The position numbers and the translations under genes were made by a program. Source: Auanema rhodensis (Eukaryota > Animalia > Nematoda). From it: a stretch of 64,000 bases of DNA. Positions 1 to 10,668 of this stretch are shown one piece after another. Below the pieces are notes generated by a model, which saw nothing but the letters and a program-made list of their open reading frames with translations, was not told where the DNA came from and made no database searches. Each line of letters opens with the position of its first letter. Within the stretch, counting starts at the first letter, position 1. The stretch lies in assembly GCA_964057225.1 (NCBI GenBank), contig OZ059896.1, forward strand, positions 11,470,001-11,534,000. The letters run 5' to 3'.

Positions 1-139
1 AATATCACAATATATATACATTGTATTAATGTTATTTGAAAAATCAATGGGGCGCCTGGCTATTAACGTGTCGTTGATAATTTTATTCTCAAAGCCAAGA
101 AAATATGCGAGAGCATCACCGAGTGTTGCATTCAATAAG
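1..139 (-). pseudogene. Downstream fragment of the B1 minor capsid (penton) gene, split by A1
   Basis: Matches the reverse complement of B2 penton 31407-31545. Joins to 15803 across the TSD AATAAG. Confidence 0.92.
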
Positions 140-176
140 AGTAGAGAGCCGTGCAAAATTTACTAACCACGCCCCC

Positions 177-295
177 AAACAGCTGTCAAAAACATACTTT
201 TGGGGGGCGTCAGCTGCTAAAAACATACTTTTGGGGCGCGTCAGCTGTCAAAAACATATTTTTGAGCGTCAGCTGTTAAAATCATATTTTGGGAT
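177..295 (+). repeat. About 31-bp subterminal tandem repeats (4x) built around CAGCTG, present at all complete Maverick ends
   Basis: Unit GTCAGCTG(T/C)(C/T)AAAAACATACTTTTGGGG; equivalents at 15655-15760, 22141-22250, 25540-25650, 42012-42120, 50495-50600 and 54765-54872. Confidence 0.9.
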
Positions 296-763
296 CATGG
301 TTCATGGATTCTCCTTTTTTAAATTTAAAAATCATGATTTAAAGCATGATTTTTTTTTAAATCAAATTTAAATATGCTTTTAAATGTATGTATATATTTT
401 TAATTATTTTTAAATATATTAAGTAAAAATAAAAATCTTAATTTTAAATATTTAAATTATATTTAAATTTTATATATATAAATTATATTTAAACTTTAAA
501 TATTTAAATTATATTTAAATTTTATATATATAAATTTTATTTAAACTTTAAATTTTATATATAAATTATATTTAAATATTTAAATATTTAAATATGTAAA
601 TTTGTTTTTTAAATTTTATTTATTTATTAAATTTATTAATAATGTTTGTTTACTTGATTTGTTTATTTTTTATTGTATTGTGTTTGTATTGTTTTTATTT
701 TAAAGAACAGTAAAATTTTTGCATGTATATCGTTTTGTTCACCGTACTTGTTATGGGTAATTC

Positions 764-968
764 AATGGAACACATATCGAAGGTTAATTCGATAAGAACG
801 ATATGAAATACAAAATTCAATGGAACACATATCGAAGGTTAATTCGATAAGAACGATATGAAATACAAAATTCAATGGAACACGTATCGAAGGTTAATTC
901 GATAAGAACGATATGAAATACCAAAATTTAATGGAACACATATCGAAAGTTAATTCGATAAGAACGAC
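764..968. repeat. 55-56 bp tandem repeat (4x), each unit containing the palindrome TATCGAA-N6-TTCGATA
   Basis: Units start at 764, 819, 874 and 930. Confidence 0.92.
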
Positions 969-1363
969 ATTAAATTATTAATTTTTGAAATTACAAATTG
1001 TTATTAATTATATTTATTCTAACAAGTAAAGGTTTCAAATTATAATAAAAGATTAGTTTTAAACTTTATTTCACTAATATAACAATACAATAACTAAATA
1101 GAGCACACATTGAAGGTAAATACAATAAGATTAACAAACAGTTGCGCTGACCTCAATGAAACGCATAAAGTTAATTTAATAAGAACTAATAACAAAAATT
1201 AATCCGACGGGGACAATAAAAACAGATGTATTCAATAAGCTTATTTATTTTAAAGTTTATCGCAACTGCTAGTTTTGACAGCTGTACCCAAATCCATGTT
1301 ACATAACAAATTACAATGCCAACAGCAATGTGTAGACTGATGTATTCATTATATCAAGGTACA

Positions 1364-4300
1364 ATGGCTGCTAATAGGTTGTGTCTTTTTGATTATTTGT
1401 TTGTAAACTTTTTCTTTTTTTAGTTATAAACGTTTATGTGAAGAGCTAGGATTTGATTATGAAGAAATCAATCAGCTCAGGTAATTTAACAATATTTTGA
1501 ATCTTTATATATATTTTGTTTTTTAGTAAACGTATAAAGTTTACCGAGGCTGGTGGGATCGAGCTCTGTGAGCCCACATCACCCACTTTTAACAGTGGGC
1601 CCTCATCATCAAGGGTTATTGAAGTAATAACCTTGGATGACAGTGATGAGTAAGCGATATTAAAAATTATAACAATTAGTTTTTTCTTTTTAAGCGAATG
1701 GGATCCTGCTACCCCATCAACCAGTGGAGGACAAGTCGGATATGGAGCGGCATTCAACGATGTCTGTAAAATAGAGGTGCGATCTTTTATTTACATATCA
1801 TTTCATAATATATCTTTTGAAACATGAAATTTTCTCTTGCTCCAATTGCATATTTTGAAAACATTTTGAAATTTATTTCTCTTTTTCAATTGCTCTCTCT
1901 CTCATCTTTACATTTCATCTCAATCTATATCTTTTTTCAAACAAATTGCAAGTATTTTGAAATTTACATATTCATTCTTTTGAACAACATTCATTTTAAA
2001 ATCTTTACATTTCATCTCACTATCTATCTATCTTTCCTCATCAATCTTTCTTTCAACCAATTTTGAATTCTTACAAATTATAAATATTTCAAACATTTTG
2101 AACTAGTAAAATAATAAAACACAATCTTGACCTTTTCATTTATTTTTTAACATTAACAAATGTTTATAAAAGTTTTTTCAAAGTTGAAAAAAAAAAAAAA
2201 CTTTATATTTAAAAATCAAATGCCATTTATTTTTAAACATTAATAAAAATAATTTAAAGAAAAGTAAATTTATAAAAAGTTATAAACAAAAATTATTTAT
2301 ATTTAAACTAAAAGCGTATAACCATTATAAAAAGTGTGTATTATAGTGGTCGCACCGACGCATAAAACGCACTGGTCGGTTTACCAACGTGGTCGTTAGA
2401 TCGCTCACGTTCCCACATTTGGAAAACATTAATGAGCCAATGCATGTTGTCATGCCGCGGCTATTTAATGAGTTCCTTGATCGGTGCCTTGCTGAAAGTG
2501 GTGTGCCAGATAAACAAAAAGCACTATTTTGTTTATCAATAGAGCACCCATCCTTTGAAAAGGGATCCATATTTATGGATTTCCGTAGAAGGGAGCATTT
2601 GGATGGCGTTGCCATCATGAATGCCATCAGCAAGGTACAGCAGTCAAAGCGAGAGGCTGTAATTAGCCAGGCAATGAATATTGAAATGTATGTGTTTGAT
2701 GAGAGACCAGTGCAGCCAAGCCTGATGCCTGGTGAAGGTAGAGTTGGTTTCTATTTTGATGCCGAACTCAAAATACCTGGCACAATTGAAAACACTGACA
2801 CTCATTGCCTGGCTAGAGCAGCAGTTGTGGGAATGTGGAGAGCCGATGAAGAGGCAGCAGAAGATGTTGTTGAGAAGCGGAGGATTCAAAATCTTCGTCG
2901 CAACTACATCTTGTTGCCAAATCAACCACATCATATCAATTTATTGAATAGGTGTGGTATTTCTGTACATTTACCAAATTATAATTTGAACCATTTAAAT
3001 ATTATTGCAAGTTGTAATACAGACTATAAGTTTGTAGTATACGCTAGGCCACCTGGACAGCGTATGTACGCTATTCAGCGTATCTTTAATGAAACGGCTA
3101 GCAAAGTGGTAACACTAGGCTACCGAAATAATCATTATGACTGTATTACAACTTGTAGTAGATCACAGATTTTTGATGGTATTATATGCCAACACTGTAA
3201 ATTATCTTACAAAACAGTGTTGCATAGATGTAAAGCCAAGTGTAAGAAATGCCACACCTTAAAATGTAATTCGATGGAAAATGTGGTTGAAAGTAGCATA
3301 AGATGTGATAGTTGTAGAGTTTTGTTTAAAACTCGTCAATGCTTTGACAGGCATATTAGAAAAACATGTCGAATGTTTAAGGTAATTTAAAAAATATATA
3401 TAAAATTTTACAAGACTAAATTCAGACATGTGAAAACTGTGATCATTATCACAGAGTACGTGCTGATAGACCGCACAATTGCAATGAAAAATTTTGCAAA
3501 AAGTGTGGGCAAACAAAGCCTGAAGATCACTCTTGTTGTTGGGTACCACCTAACGACAAGAAGAAGGATCAGTTAAAAAAGAGGCAAGAGAAATACAAGG
3601 TTTGTATTTTACATCTTTACAAGTGTAATACTTACTTGTTTAAGATTATATTCTATGACTTTGAAACGGTTGTGTTAAAAAGCGGTACAAATGTTCATGA
3701 ATATGCAGATGAACAATGGCCCAATATGGTTGTGTATAATAAATTTTGTGAAAGTTGTATAGACGCCAACTCATGTGAAAAATGCACAACCAAGGAGGGC
3801 CATTTTGGGTACCAACAAGGTGATAGTGAATGGTCTGTAACAGATCGTTTCCTTGATTGGTTACTCAACTCTGTTGAGAATGATAATGCAATTTTGATTG
3901 CGCATAATGGTTCACGCTTTGACATACATTTCTTGGTGTCTAGGCTGATAAACCGTGGTATATATCCTGATCCAATTTTAAATGGGACCAAGATTATAAG
4001 CATGGTTGTCAAGCCTTTAAGAGGTCAAAAATTTAATCATTTATATTTTAAAGATAGTTATTTATTAGTGCCTTTACCCCTATCAGCGTTACCCAAGGCA
4101 TTTGGTGTACCTGATATGAGTAAAGGACAGTTTCCTTACCTCTATAATCACCCAATAAATTATGGCAAAGTGTTGCCATCTTTACCACCAAAACAGTACT
4201 ATTGTACTGCTAGAATGAAAGCAGAAGACCTAGCTTCATTCGATATTTGGTATGAAGAGCGTAATCAAAGAGCGTTTGATTTTGATGAAGAGCTTTTGGA

Positions 4301-6575
4301 ATATTGTAGGACAGATGTCCGTATTTTAACCAACTGTATGAAAGTTTACATGAAGTTGGCAACCGCCACCACTGGCTGGAACCCTGTCATACAATGTATG
4401 ACATTTGCCAGTTTCTCTTTATTCCAGGCAAGTTTTTTAAAATACAAGCATTTTCAAAACTATTATATTACAGTTGAAAATGAATCATATTAAAGAGAAC
4501 CAAGTGGGTATTCTGCCCGAGACTGGTTATTATGCCGGTCAAAAGCAGAGTATAATAGCCATAAAGTATATAAAATGGCTAGAACAAGGATTGGGCCGCC
4601 CATTAATGCATAAGCTTAATGGTGGCGAATTTGCAGTGAGAGTAGATGGCCATCGCTATCTACTCGATGCTTATGACCCCGTTGCCAATCATGGCTATGA
4701 GGTGAGTAATTTGTAATAAATGTAAAAAAATGCAAATTTTTGTAGATTAATGGTTGCATTTACCATGGTTGCCCCCAGTGCACCAACAAGAGCGCTATAG
4801 CACCAGGCAGAAATGGTGAAACAATGGAAGAGGTAATTGTGACTTTTTTAATCATTTTAATTTGAAAAATTTAGGTTTATGATAAAACCATGAAAAGGCT
4901 TGAAGCAATTCAAAGCCAAGGCATTAGTGTTACCACAGTGTGGGAGCACGAAATTAATGCACAAATTTCGGCCAATGAAGAAATGGCGAAATTTATGCGT
5001 GAAACAAATGTTGTTACACGCTTGGCACCTAGAGATGCCTTTACCGGTGGCCGCACCCAGACATATAAGCTTTTGGCACAAGCTTCGGATAGATACTCGC
5101 TCGAGTATGTGGACTTTTGTTCACTATATCCATATGTCACCGCTTTTGATGCCTATTACCCTGTAGGTAATCCCAAAGTTATTACTGAGGGTTTCAAAAG
5201 CTTTGAGACATGTTGCCCATACAAGGGGCTAGTAAAATGTGACGTGCTTGCACCCACAAATTTGCTGTACCCTGTATTAGGCACACGTATTGGCGGTAAA
5301 TTAATTTTTACAAACTGCCGCACTTGTGCAGTCAAGAGTAAAAATGTAACATGTGAGCACCAGAATGATGTAAATGCTAGAAAGCTGCATCTAACTGTGA
5401 CACATGTTGAGCTCGAGTGTGCCATACAACGTGGCTATAAAGTGCTTAATGTGCATGAGGTGTGGCACTGGGAAGAATGGCAACAAGGCGGCCTGTTTAA
5501 AGAATTTGTACAAAAGTACATAAAAATTAAACAAGAGGCGTCGGGCTGGCCAAAGCCAAACATGACAGAGGAAGAAAAGGTATGTTTTAATAAAAGTATC
5601 ACATTAAATAGAATTTTACAGGTAATATATCTCCAAGAGCACGAGGAGAACACTGGTGTTGCTCTGGAGAGCAATAAAATTGAGAAGAATGCTGCCATGC
5701 GTAGCATTGCCAAACTGCAGCTAAATAGGTTTGTAAACTTTTTTAAAACAATACATTACAAATTTGCTTATAGTGTCTGGGGTAAAATGGGTCAAAGACC
5801 TGATAAAGCCCAAACCAAGATTATTGGTGTTGAGGACCCGGAAATTGGTAGGATCATTACTGATCCTGCAAGGGAACTCACTGGGTTCAAAATTGTGGAT
5901 AATGTTGCGTACTGCACAACAGTACCAGAGGATTCACATTTGGCACCACCGCCTTTTACAAATGTAGCTATTGCGGCCTATACAACCGCTCATGCAAGGC
6001 TACTATTGTATAAGGCAATGGAGAAAATTGGAAAGAATTTGGTGTATACAGGTAATGTTATACTTTGTATTCAATTTAAACTTACATTATTTAGACACGG
6101 ATTCACTAATTTATCAAAGGTGCCTGGATGAGCCAGATCCAATTGAGGATATGAAGGGTGAATGGTTAGGTAAACTAACCTCTGAAATACCCGATGGTTG
6201 GTCAATGACCAAGTTTGTGTCACCAGCGGCAAAAGTTTATAGTTATAAACTTGTAAATGCAGCTGGTGATGTAAAATATGTAACAAAGGCAAAGGGAGTG
6301 GTAAGTACGAGCTTTGACTTTTCAAATAATTTTATAATTTACAGACGTTGGACCACACGGCAGCGTCAGTGGTAAACTTTGAAAGTATGGAGCGACTGGT
6401 TCGCGGTCTCGTTATGGATGGAGAGAAATTGGTTTTAAAAACCAATACAACCTTGTTAAAGAGGCAACTCGGTGCCATATCCACAATGGATATGACAAAA
6501 AGTACTAGAGTCGTAATGGATAAACTTTGTTATCTACAAGATTATAGTACTTTACCCTACGGTTATTGTGAATAA
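1364..6575 (+). CDS. Protein-primed family B DNA polymerase (pPolB), 14 exons, about 1369 aa
   Basis: Exons 1364-1377, 1424-1480, 1527-1649, 1695-1776, 2347-3381, 3426-3599, 3645-4427, 4474-4701, 4746-4832, 4875-5579, 5622-5728, 5774-6051, 6095-6300 and 6345-6575 join in phase. Motifs: ExoI FYDFET, ExoII HNGSRFD, ExoIII YCRTD, Vsr-like YEINGCIYHGC, pol A DFCSLYP, B KLQLNSVWGK and C YTDTDS (B and C form only after splicing). The first four exons are the least certain. Confidence 0.88.
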
Positions 6576-6713
6576 TATATTTGAATTTATAAATTTTTAT
6601 CTTGTATATATTTGTATTTATAAAATTTTATCATTGTACATGTATTTATTTTTAAAAATAGTTGTATTAATAAATTTTATTCTTAAATCTTTTAAAGAAT
6701 TTTATTACATACA

Positions 6714-8048
6714 TTACAAACTGGTATCAATATATGGAGCACGATTGTTGTCAATGGAAAGAATAGAGTCATACTCTGCATAAACAATTGCATATAAGCC
6801 CTCTTGCGGCGTTTGTTGACCAAATTCCAATTTCAAGGCTACATTACCTTGTCGTATAACATCAAATAACTCTGACGAATGCACAGTAGGAGAAATATCA
6901 AATACAAAAAATGTGAAACCAGCTTTATACATTGCTGGTGTAATACCATTGGATGAATCTGTACGACCAAGTCCCAAACCTTCCAGCATGTCAATATATG
7001 CTGTGGCATAGGAAGATCGCCATTCTAAATTATAAGGACGGGTAGGTATTACCCTATTGTTGAGCGTCAAGTATATATTTTTCAAATCAAACGGTTTAAA
7101 GTTGAATGGCGAATGTTTAAAAGTACCATTATAGGCGTGTGCGCCAACAAGACCTACTACAACACGTTTTGGTGTGTGAGACGTGAATAATATATTATTA
7201 GGTGAATCCAAGCGGCCTCCTTCTATGAAATAAGAGCGCATTTTCACTGATGTCATGGGGTAGTGTATTCGATCCTTTGCGAGTTTATCTTCTATAGCCA
7301 TAGCTAATCCAGCGTTTAGATCAAACTCTTGAATGAGCAAATGTACATCGCTGATATCTACTTTCAAATTTGGAAACTCCTCCTTTAATGTAGTATCCTT
7401 GTTTTCATTATTCCAGCCTAGAGTGTCAATTAAAAAGTTATCACGGTTTGGATATGCAGTTAGCTCCATTTTTGAATAGTTTACAAACAGTCGCTCTTGA
7501 TTAAATAGGTCGATACTGACGGGAGCAGCCATCTCACACAATATGCCATTTTTTACAAGTGCTTGACGCGTTCTAAATCCAGCACTGGATGCATTATCTA
7601 TATATCTGTCAGCATAATAGCCTGATATGGCAAGTTTGCTCTCTTTAACATCGTTGCTATACATTAAAATATTCTCGATATATGTTTTATAGGCATGATT
7701 CACGGTAGAGTCATACACGCTAACATCACCAATTTTCAAATGATACGAATGTATTAAACTGGCAGCAAATTGTTGACATGGTGCAAAAACAAGGTTGTCT
7801 GGTACTGGATCACCGTTTGTGGTTACAATTTTAAATTTTACATTCAACCAACATCTTCTCAGATTGAGGAATGATTTGGAATTTTGAGCTATAACAAATT
7901 CCCATGGTCCTTGAGGAAGAAACGTATTTTTCAAAGGGACTTGTACAGTACGAGTAGACTCTACACCTAATGCCGACGCTGGTATATCACCATAGTTGAT
8001 ATTAGGTAAAAGGGCTTGTGCTGATTTTGAATCTATCAATTTAGCCAT
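6714..8048 (-). CDS. Double-jelly-roll major capsid protein
   Basis: 444 aa; PKRVVVGLV, SPFNFKPF and FVFDISP motifs typical of Polinton MCP. Confidence 0.9.
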   Translation of the reverse strand: MAKLIDSKSAQALLPNINYGDIPASALGVESTRTVQVPLKNTFLPQGPWEFVIAQNSKSFLNLRRCWLNVKFKIVTTNGDPVPDNLVFAPCQQFAASLIHSYHLKIGDVSVYDSTVNHAYKTYIENILMYSNDVKESKLAISGYYADRYIDNASSAGFRTRQALVKNGILCEMAAPVSIDLFNQERLFVNYSKMELTAYPNRDNFLIDTLGWNNENKDTTLKEEFPNLKVDISDVHLLIQEFDLNAGLAMAIEDKLAKDRIHYPMTSVKMRSYFIEGGRLDSPNNILFTSHTPKRVVVGLVGAHAYNGTFKHSPFNFKPFDLKNIYLTLNNRVIPTRPYNLEWRSSYATAYIDMLEGLGLGRTDSSNGITPAMYKAGFTFFVFDISPTVHSSELFDVIRQGNVALKLEFGQQTPQEGLYAIVYAEYDSILSIDNNRAPYIDTSL

Positions 8049-8501
8049 TTAAATGTGAAACGACCGCTCACGAGTGATGCACAACCGCTTATGAGGTTTT
8101 GTGGTTTTGCGTCGTCGCCGTTTGCCCAAGCCGGTAAGATCTCGTATAGCTTGCCGGCCGGCTGTTTTAAGAGTTTCCTTGATATTATCGCCTTTCAGCA
8201 CCCCATCGACAATTTCATTACCAGTTTTCAGCAACTGTCCGCCAAGAGGTGAATTTACAACTGGACTTTTGCTTACAGCACTGGATAAGGCGTTTCTTCC
8301 GGCATTGATGAGATTTTGGGCTATAGGTGATTGAATGATGCGTGGTAGAAATGATGCCAAAGTTGCCAAAATACCACCCAAACCATGACCCCTCTGCATT
8401 CCACGTTGAAACATCATTCCGCTAAATGGGGCGCCACCCATTTGTTGATTTAAAAGTGTTGTCCATTGAATAGAGTTGACATCCAAAAGGAGGTGCGGCA
8501 T
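8049..8501 (-). CDS. Putative virion core protein (pVII/pX-like) with basic C-terminus
   Basis: QRGHGLGG motif followed by an amphipathic helix; KRRRRK tail; adjacent to MCP; conserved in B. Confidence 0.65.
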   Translation of the reverse strand: MPHLLLDVNSIQWTTLLNQQMGGAPFSGMMFQRGMQRGHGLGGILATLASFLPRIIQSPIAQNLINAGRNALSSAVSKSPVVNSPLGGQLLKTGNEIVDGVLKGDNIKETLKTAGRQAIRDLTGLGKRRRRKTTKPHKRLCITRERSFHI

Positions 8502-8552
8502 ATCGAACCGCACGCGCGCAATACAAAAGTTACACTAGATCATTCTACTAAA

Positions 8553-9008
8553 ATGTATTCGTCTGAAATAGTATCACTATTGCAATCTGTACCCAGCACT
8601 CGGAAACTATTCCTTGGTGTATATAGCGCTGATACTCTACCCAAAACGCGTCGTAAAAACTTTGCACTTGTCGTAAATACTGACACACATGATAAGCCAG
8701 GCACACATTGGCAGGTCATCTTTGTCCGTAACAAGCAAGCCTATTTTTTCTGTAGCTTGGGATATAAAATGAACAAGTACATTCAAAATTATCTGGCCAA
8801 ATATAAAAAGGTAAAAATTAATACTTGCAAACCACAACGTTTAATTGAATACACTTGTGGTGGCTACGTGGTATTTGTAATACTAATGTTGTCGGCTGGT
8901 AATTCATTTGAAAGCATTTGTTCATTTTTTAAACTATTGAAAAATGATGATGTCTTTATTAAAGCGTTTATGCATAAAGTATTTGACTATAAATTGGCTA
9001 CTATATAA
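8553..9008 (+). CDS. Adenain-like cysteine maturation protease
   Basis: NTD...GTHW, oxyanion Q, TCGGY catalytic Cys; start matches the B2 ORF. Confidence 0.9.
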   Translation: MYSSEIVSLLQSVPSTRKLFLGVYSADTLPKTRRKNFALVVNTDTHDKPGTHWQVIFVRNKQAYFFCSLGYKMNKYIQNYLAKYKKVKINTCKPQRLIEYTCGGYVVFVILMLSAGNSFESICSFFKLLKNDDVFIKAFMHKVFDYKLATI

Positions 9009-9049
9009 GAAATTTGTCATTACTAACCTGCTACATTACGTGGTCAGTT

Positions 9050-9220
9050 ATGAATATTCCTTGTCACTGTGAATTATGTGTCAAATACACGTTGGAGCAA
9101 TCTAAACCAGCGCCTTTATACAGGAGAATGTTGAAATGTATTTCAGTGCCATTTATTAAAGGTATAGCATTGGGATTGGGCTTTTGTACAACACTAGTCA
9201 TATTATTGCTCATTATATAA
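9050..9220 (+). CDS. 56-aa protein with CxCxxC and a C-terminal hydrophobic anchor
   Basis: Same length and highly similar in B2 (32294-32464, -). Confidence 0.65.
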   Translation: MNIPCHCELCVKYTLEQSKPAPLYRRMLKCISVPFIKGIALGLGFCTTLVILLLII

Positions 9221-9261
9221 AAGTGGGTTGATTGCGTGTGGTCGTTTTTCATTTTCCTCTA

Positions 9262-9726
9262 ATGGAACTTTTATGTAACAAATATTGTGGTACATGCAAG
9301 GAAATATTTTCTTCAACCAAGCATTTTAGTGATCACGTTTTGAAAAGACATGCAGGGATTCAACCCATATGTAACAATTATATCAGCAATGCTGACTTTA
9401 TTCAAAAATATGGACATTTGGATGGTGTTCGTAGACGTTTGTGCCCTCATTGTAGTGAAACTTTTGGAACAAGATTCAATTGTGAGCGTCATATTCGGCG
9501 TATTCATAATAATAATGGAACGAATGGTGAAGATGGTGATGGAAATGATACCAGCAAACCCTTTGAAAAAGCTGAGGAGTTTGTACATTCAACCCAATCA
9601 AAAAGATGCCGCAGCAATAGTGACGGAGAACATTCACAACACGAGCCGAGCGACAAACAAAACTGCCCTAAACTATCTTTTAAACCTTCGAAAATAAAAA
9701 TGTGGTATTGTATAACTGTTGAATAA
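9262..9726 (+). CDS. Protein with two C2H2 zinc fingers
   Basis: CGTC..F..HVLKRH and CPHC..F..HIRRIH; ligands conserved in B2. Confidence 0.75.
   Translation: MELLCNKYCGTCKEIFSSTKHFSDHVLKRHAGIQPICNNYISNADFIQKYGHLDGVRRRLCPHCSETFGTRFNCERHIRRIHNNNGTNGEDGDGNDTSKPFEKAEEFVHSTQSKRCRSNSDGEHSQHEPSDKQNCPKLSFKPSKIKMWYCITVE
9350..9697 (+). CDS. 115-aa hydrophobic protein overprinted (+1 frame) on the zinc-finger gene
   Basis: 6 aa differences between A and B versus about 26 in the zinc-finger frame over the same bases. Confidence 0.7.
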   Translation: MQGFNPYVTIISAMLTLFKNMDIWMVFVDVCALIVVKLLEQDSIVSVIFGVFIIIMERMVKMVMEMIPANPLKKLRSLYIQPNQKDAAAIVTENIHNTSRATNKTALNYLLNLRK

Positions 9727-9731
9727 AACGT

Positions 9732-10589
9732 TTATTTCATATTTTTAACATGCAATGTAACAACTGTAGAACCATAATTAAATTGCATAGGACGACCAAA
9801 TTCATCCAAAATTTCAATACGTATGGTATCGAGTGTTTGTCTAGTGATTGGTACATAACGAATAGGATTAAATGTTTTGGCAATCATTTTACCAAATTCA
9901 GTAGGAGGTGGTACAGGCAAACATGCAAGTAAATTAGCTTTCACATTACCAAGAATGGAATATTCTACAATATCACAATATATATACATTGTATTAATGT
10001 TATTTGAAAAATCAATGGGACGCCTGGCTATTATTGTATCGTTGATGTTTTTATTTTCAAAACCAAGAAAATATGCAAAATCATCACCAAGCGTTGCATT
10101 CATTAATAGTCGCTTGCTTGTTACAAACTCTATGCGCTGCAATGTTTTGTTAAACTGAAATGTGGCATCTGCGAGCATTTCCTCCACTAGCTTAGCCTCA
10201 GCCTGGCGATTATTATACCATTTTTTTACATCTTCATCTTTATCTATTAAACTTTTTATACGTGCTTCTTCCTCAGCTCCAAGAGGCTTTGTATTGTTGG
10301 CGATAAATGATTCTCTTCCAGCATTGATTCCGCGTATTATTTCATCACCATTTGCATAGTTGCCTTTAGGCAAGTGTAGAATAAATTTTCTATTGGAAAA
10401 ACGTAGTGTATAAGATAAATCTTTTTGAACATTTAATATAGAACAAGGAAAAATGATGTCTGTCAGCCCAATGCAATATCTATTATTGCGTAGCCTTAGT
10501 GTTTCAGGTAATCTGGTAAGAAACACTGATGATGTATTACTTTTTTCAGAGTCAACTGATGATGGAAGAGTAATGTAAAAATCATCCAT
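9732..10589 (-). CDS. Minor capsid (penton) protein
   Basis: FYITLPS start, YIYCDIV, PIRYVPI and IEILDEFGRP motifs. Confidence 0.88.
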   Translation of the reverse strand: MDDFYITLPSSVDSEKSNTSSVFLTRLPETLRLRNNRYCIGLTDIIFPCSILNVQKDLSYTLRFSNRKFILHLPKGNYANGDEIIRGINAGRESFIANNTKPLGAEEEARIKSLIDKDEDVKKWYNNRQAEAKLVEEMLADATFQFNKTLQRIEFVTSKRLLMNATLGDDFAYFLGFENKNINDTIIARRPIDFSNNINTMYIYCDIVEYSILGNVKANLLACLPVPPPTEFGKMIAKTFNPIRYVPITRQTLDTIRIEILDEFGRPMQFNYGSTVVTLHVKNMK

Positions 10590-10668
10590 GACAAACCACC
10601 ACTTGATACGTGTACACTATTGCAAATGAAATCATTTGCATTTTAGGTACATTTACGAGTGGTTGATT

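Larger units (their letters stand above)
140..1156 (+). repeat. A1 left terminal inverted repeat
   Basis: Reverse complement of 14890-15796 apart from the number of 55-bp units; similarity ends at GACCTCAA. Confidence 0.93.

Noticed and set aside
105-371. 88-aa ORF
   Set aside because: Spans the B1/A1 junction and translates the TIR repeats; spurious.
764-968. Palindromic 55-bp repeats as a CRISPR array
   Set aside because: The intervening sequence is repeated rather than unique, there are no cas genes, and the context is a eukaryotic TIR.
2389-6575. Fragmented pPolB ORFs as a pseudogene or programmed frameshifts
   Set aside because: Every break is explained by an in-phase GT/GC-AG intron conserved across copies.
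9750-10359. Antisense ORFs over penton, PolB, Tc1 and the Gypsy ORF
   Set aside because: Shadow frames of real genes, with no motifs and inconsistent lengths between subfamilies.
10621-10640. Perfect palindrome TGCAAATGA-AA-TCATTTGCA between penton and ATPase
   Set aside because: Symmetry is partly broken in subfamily B, so there is too little support for a function.
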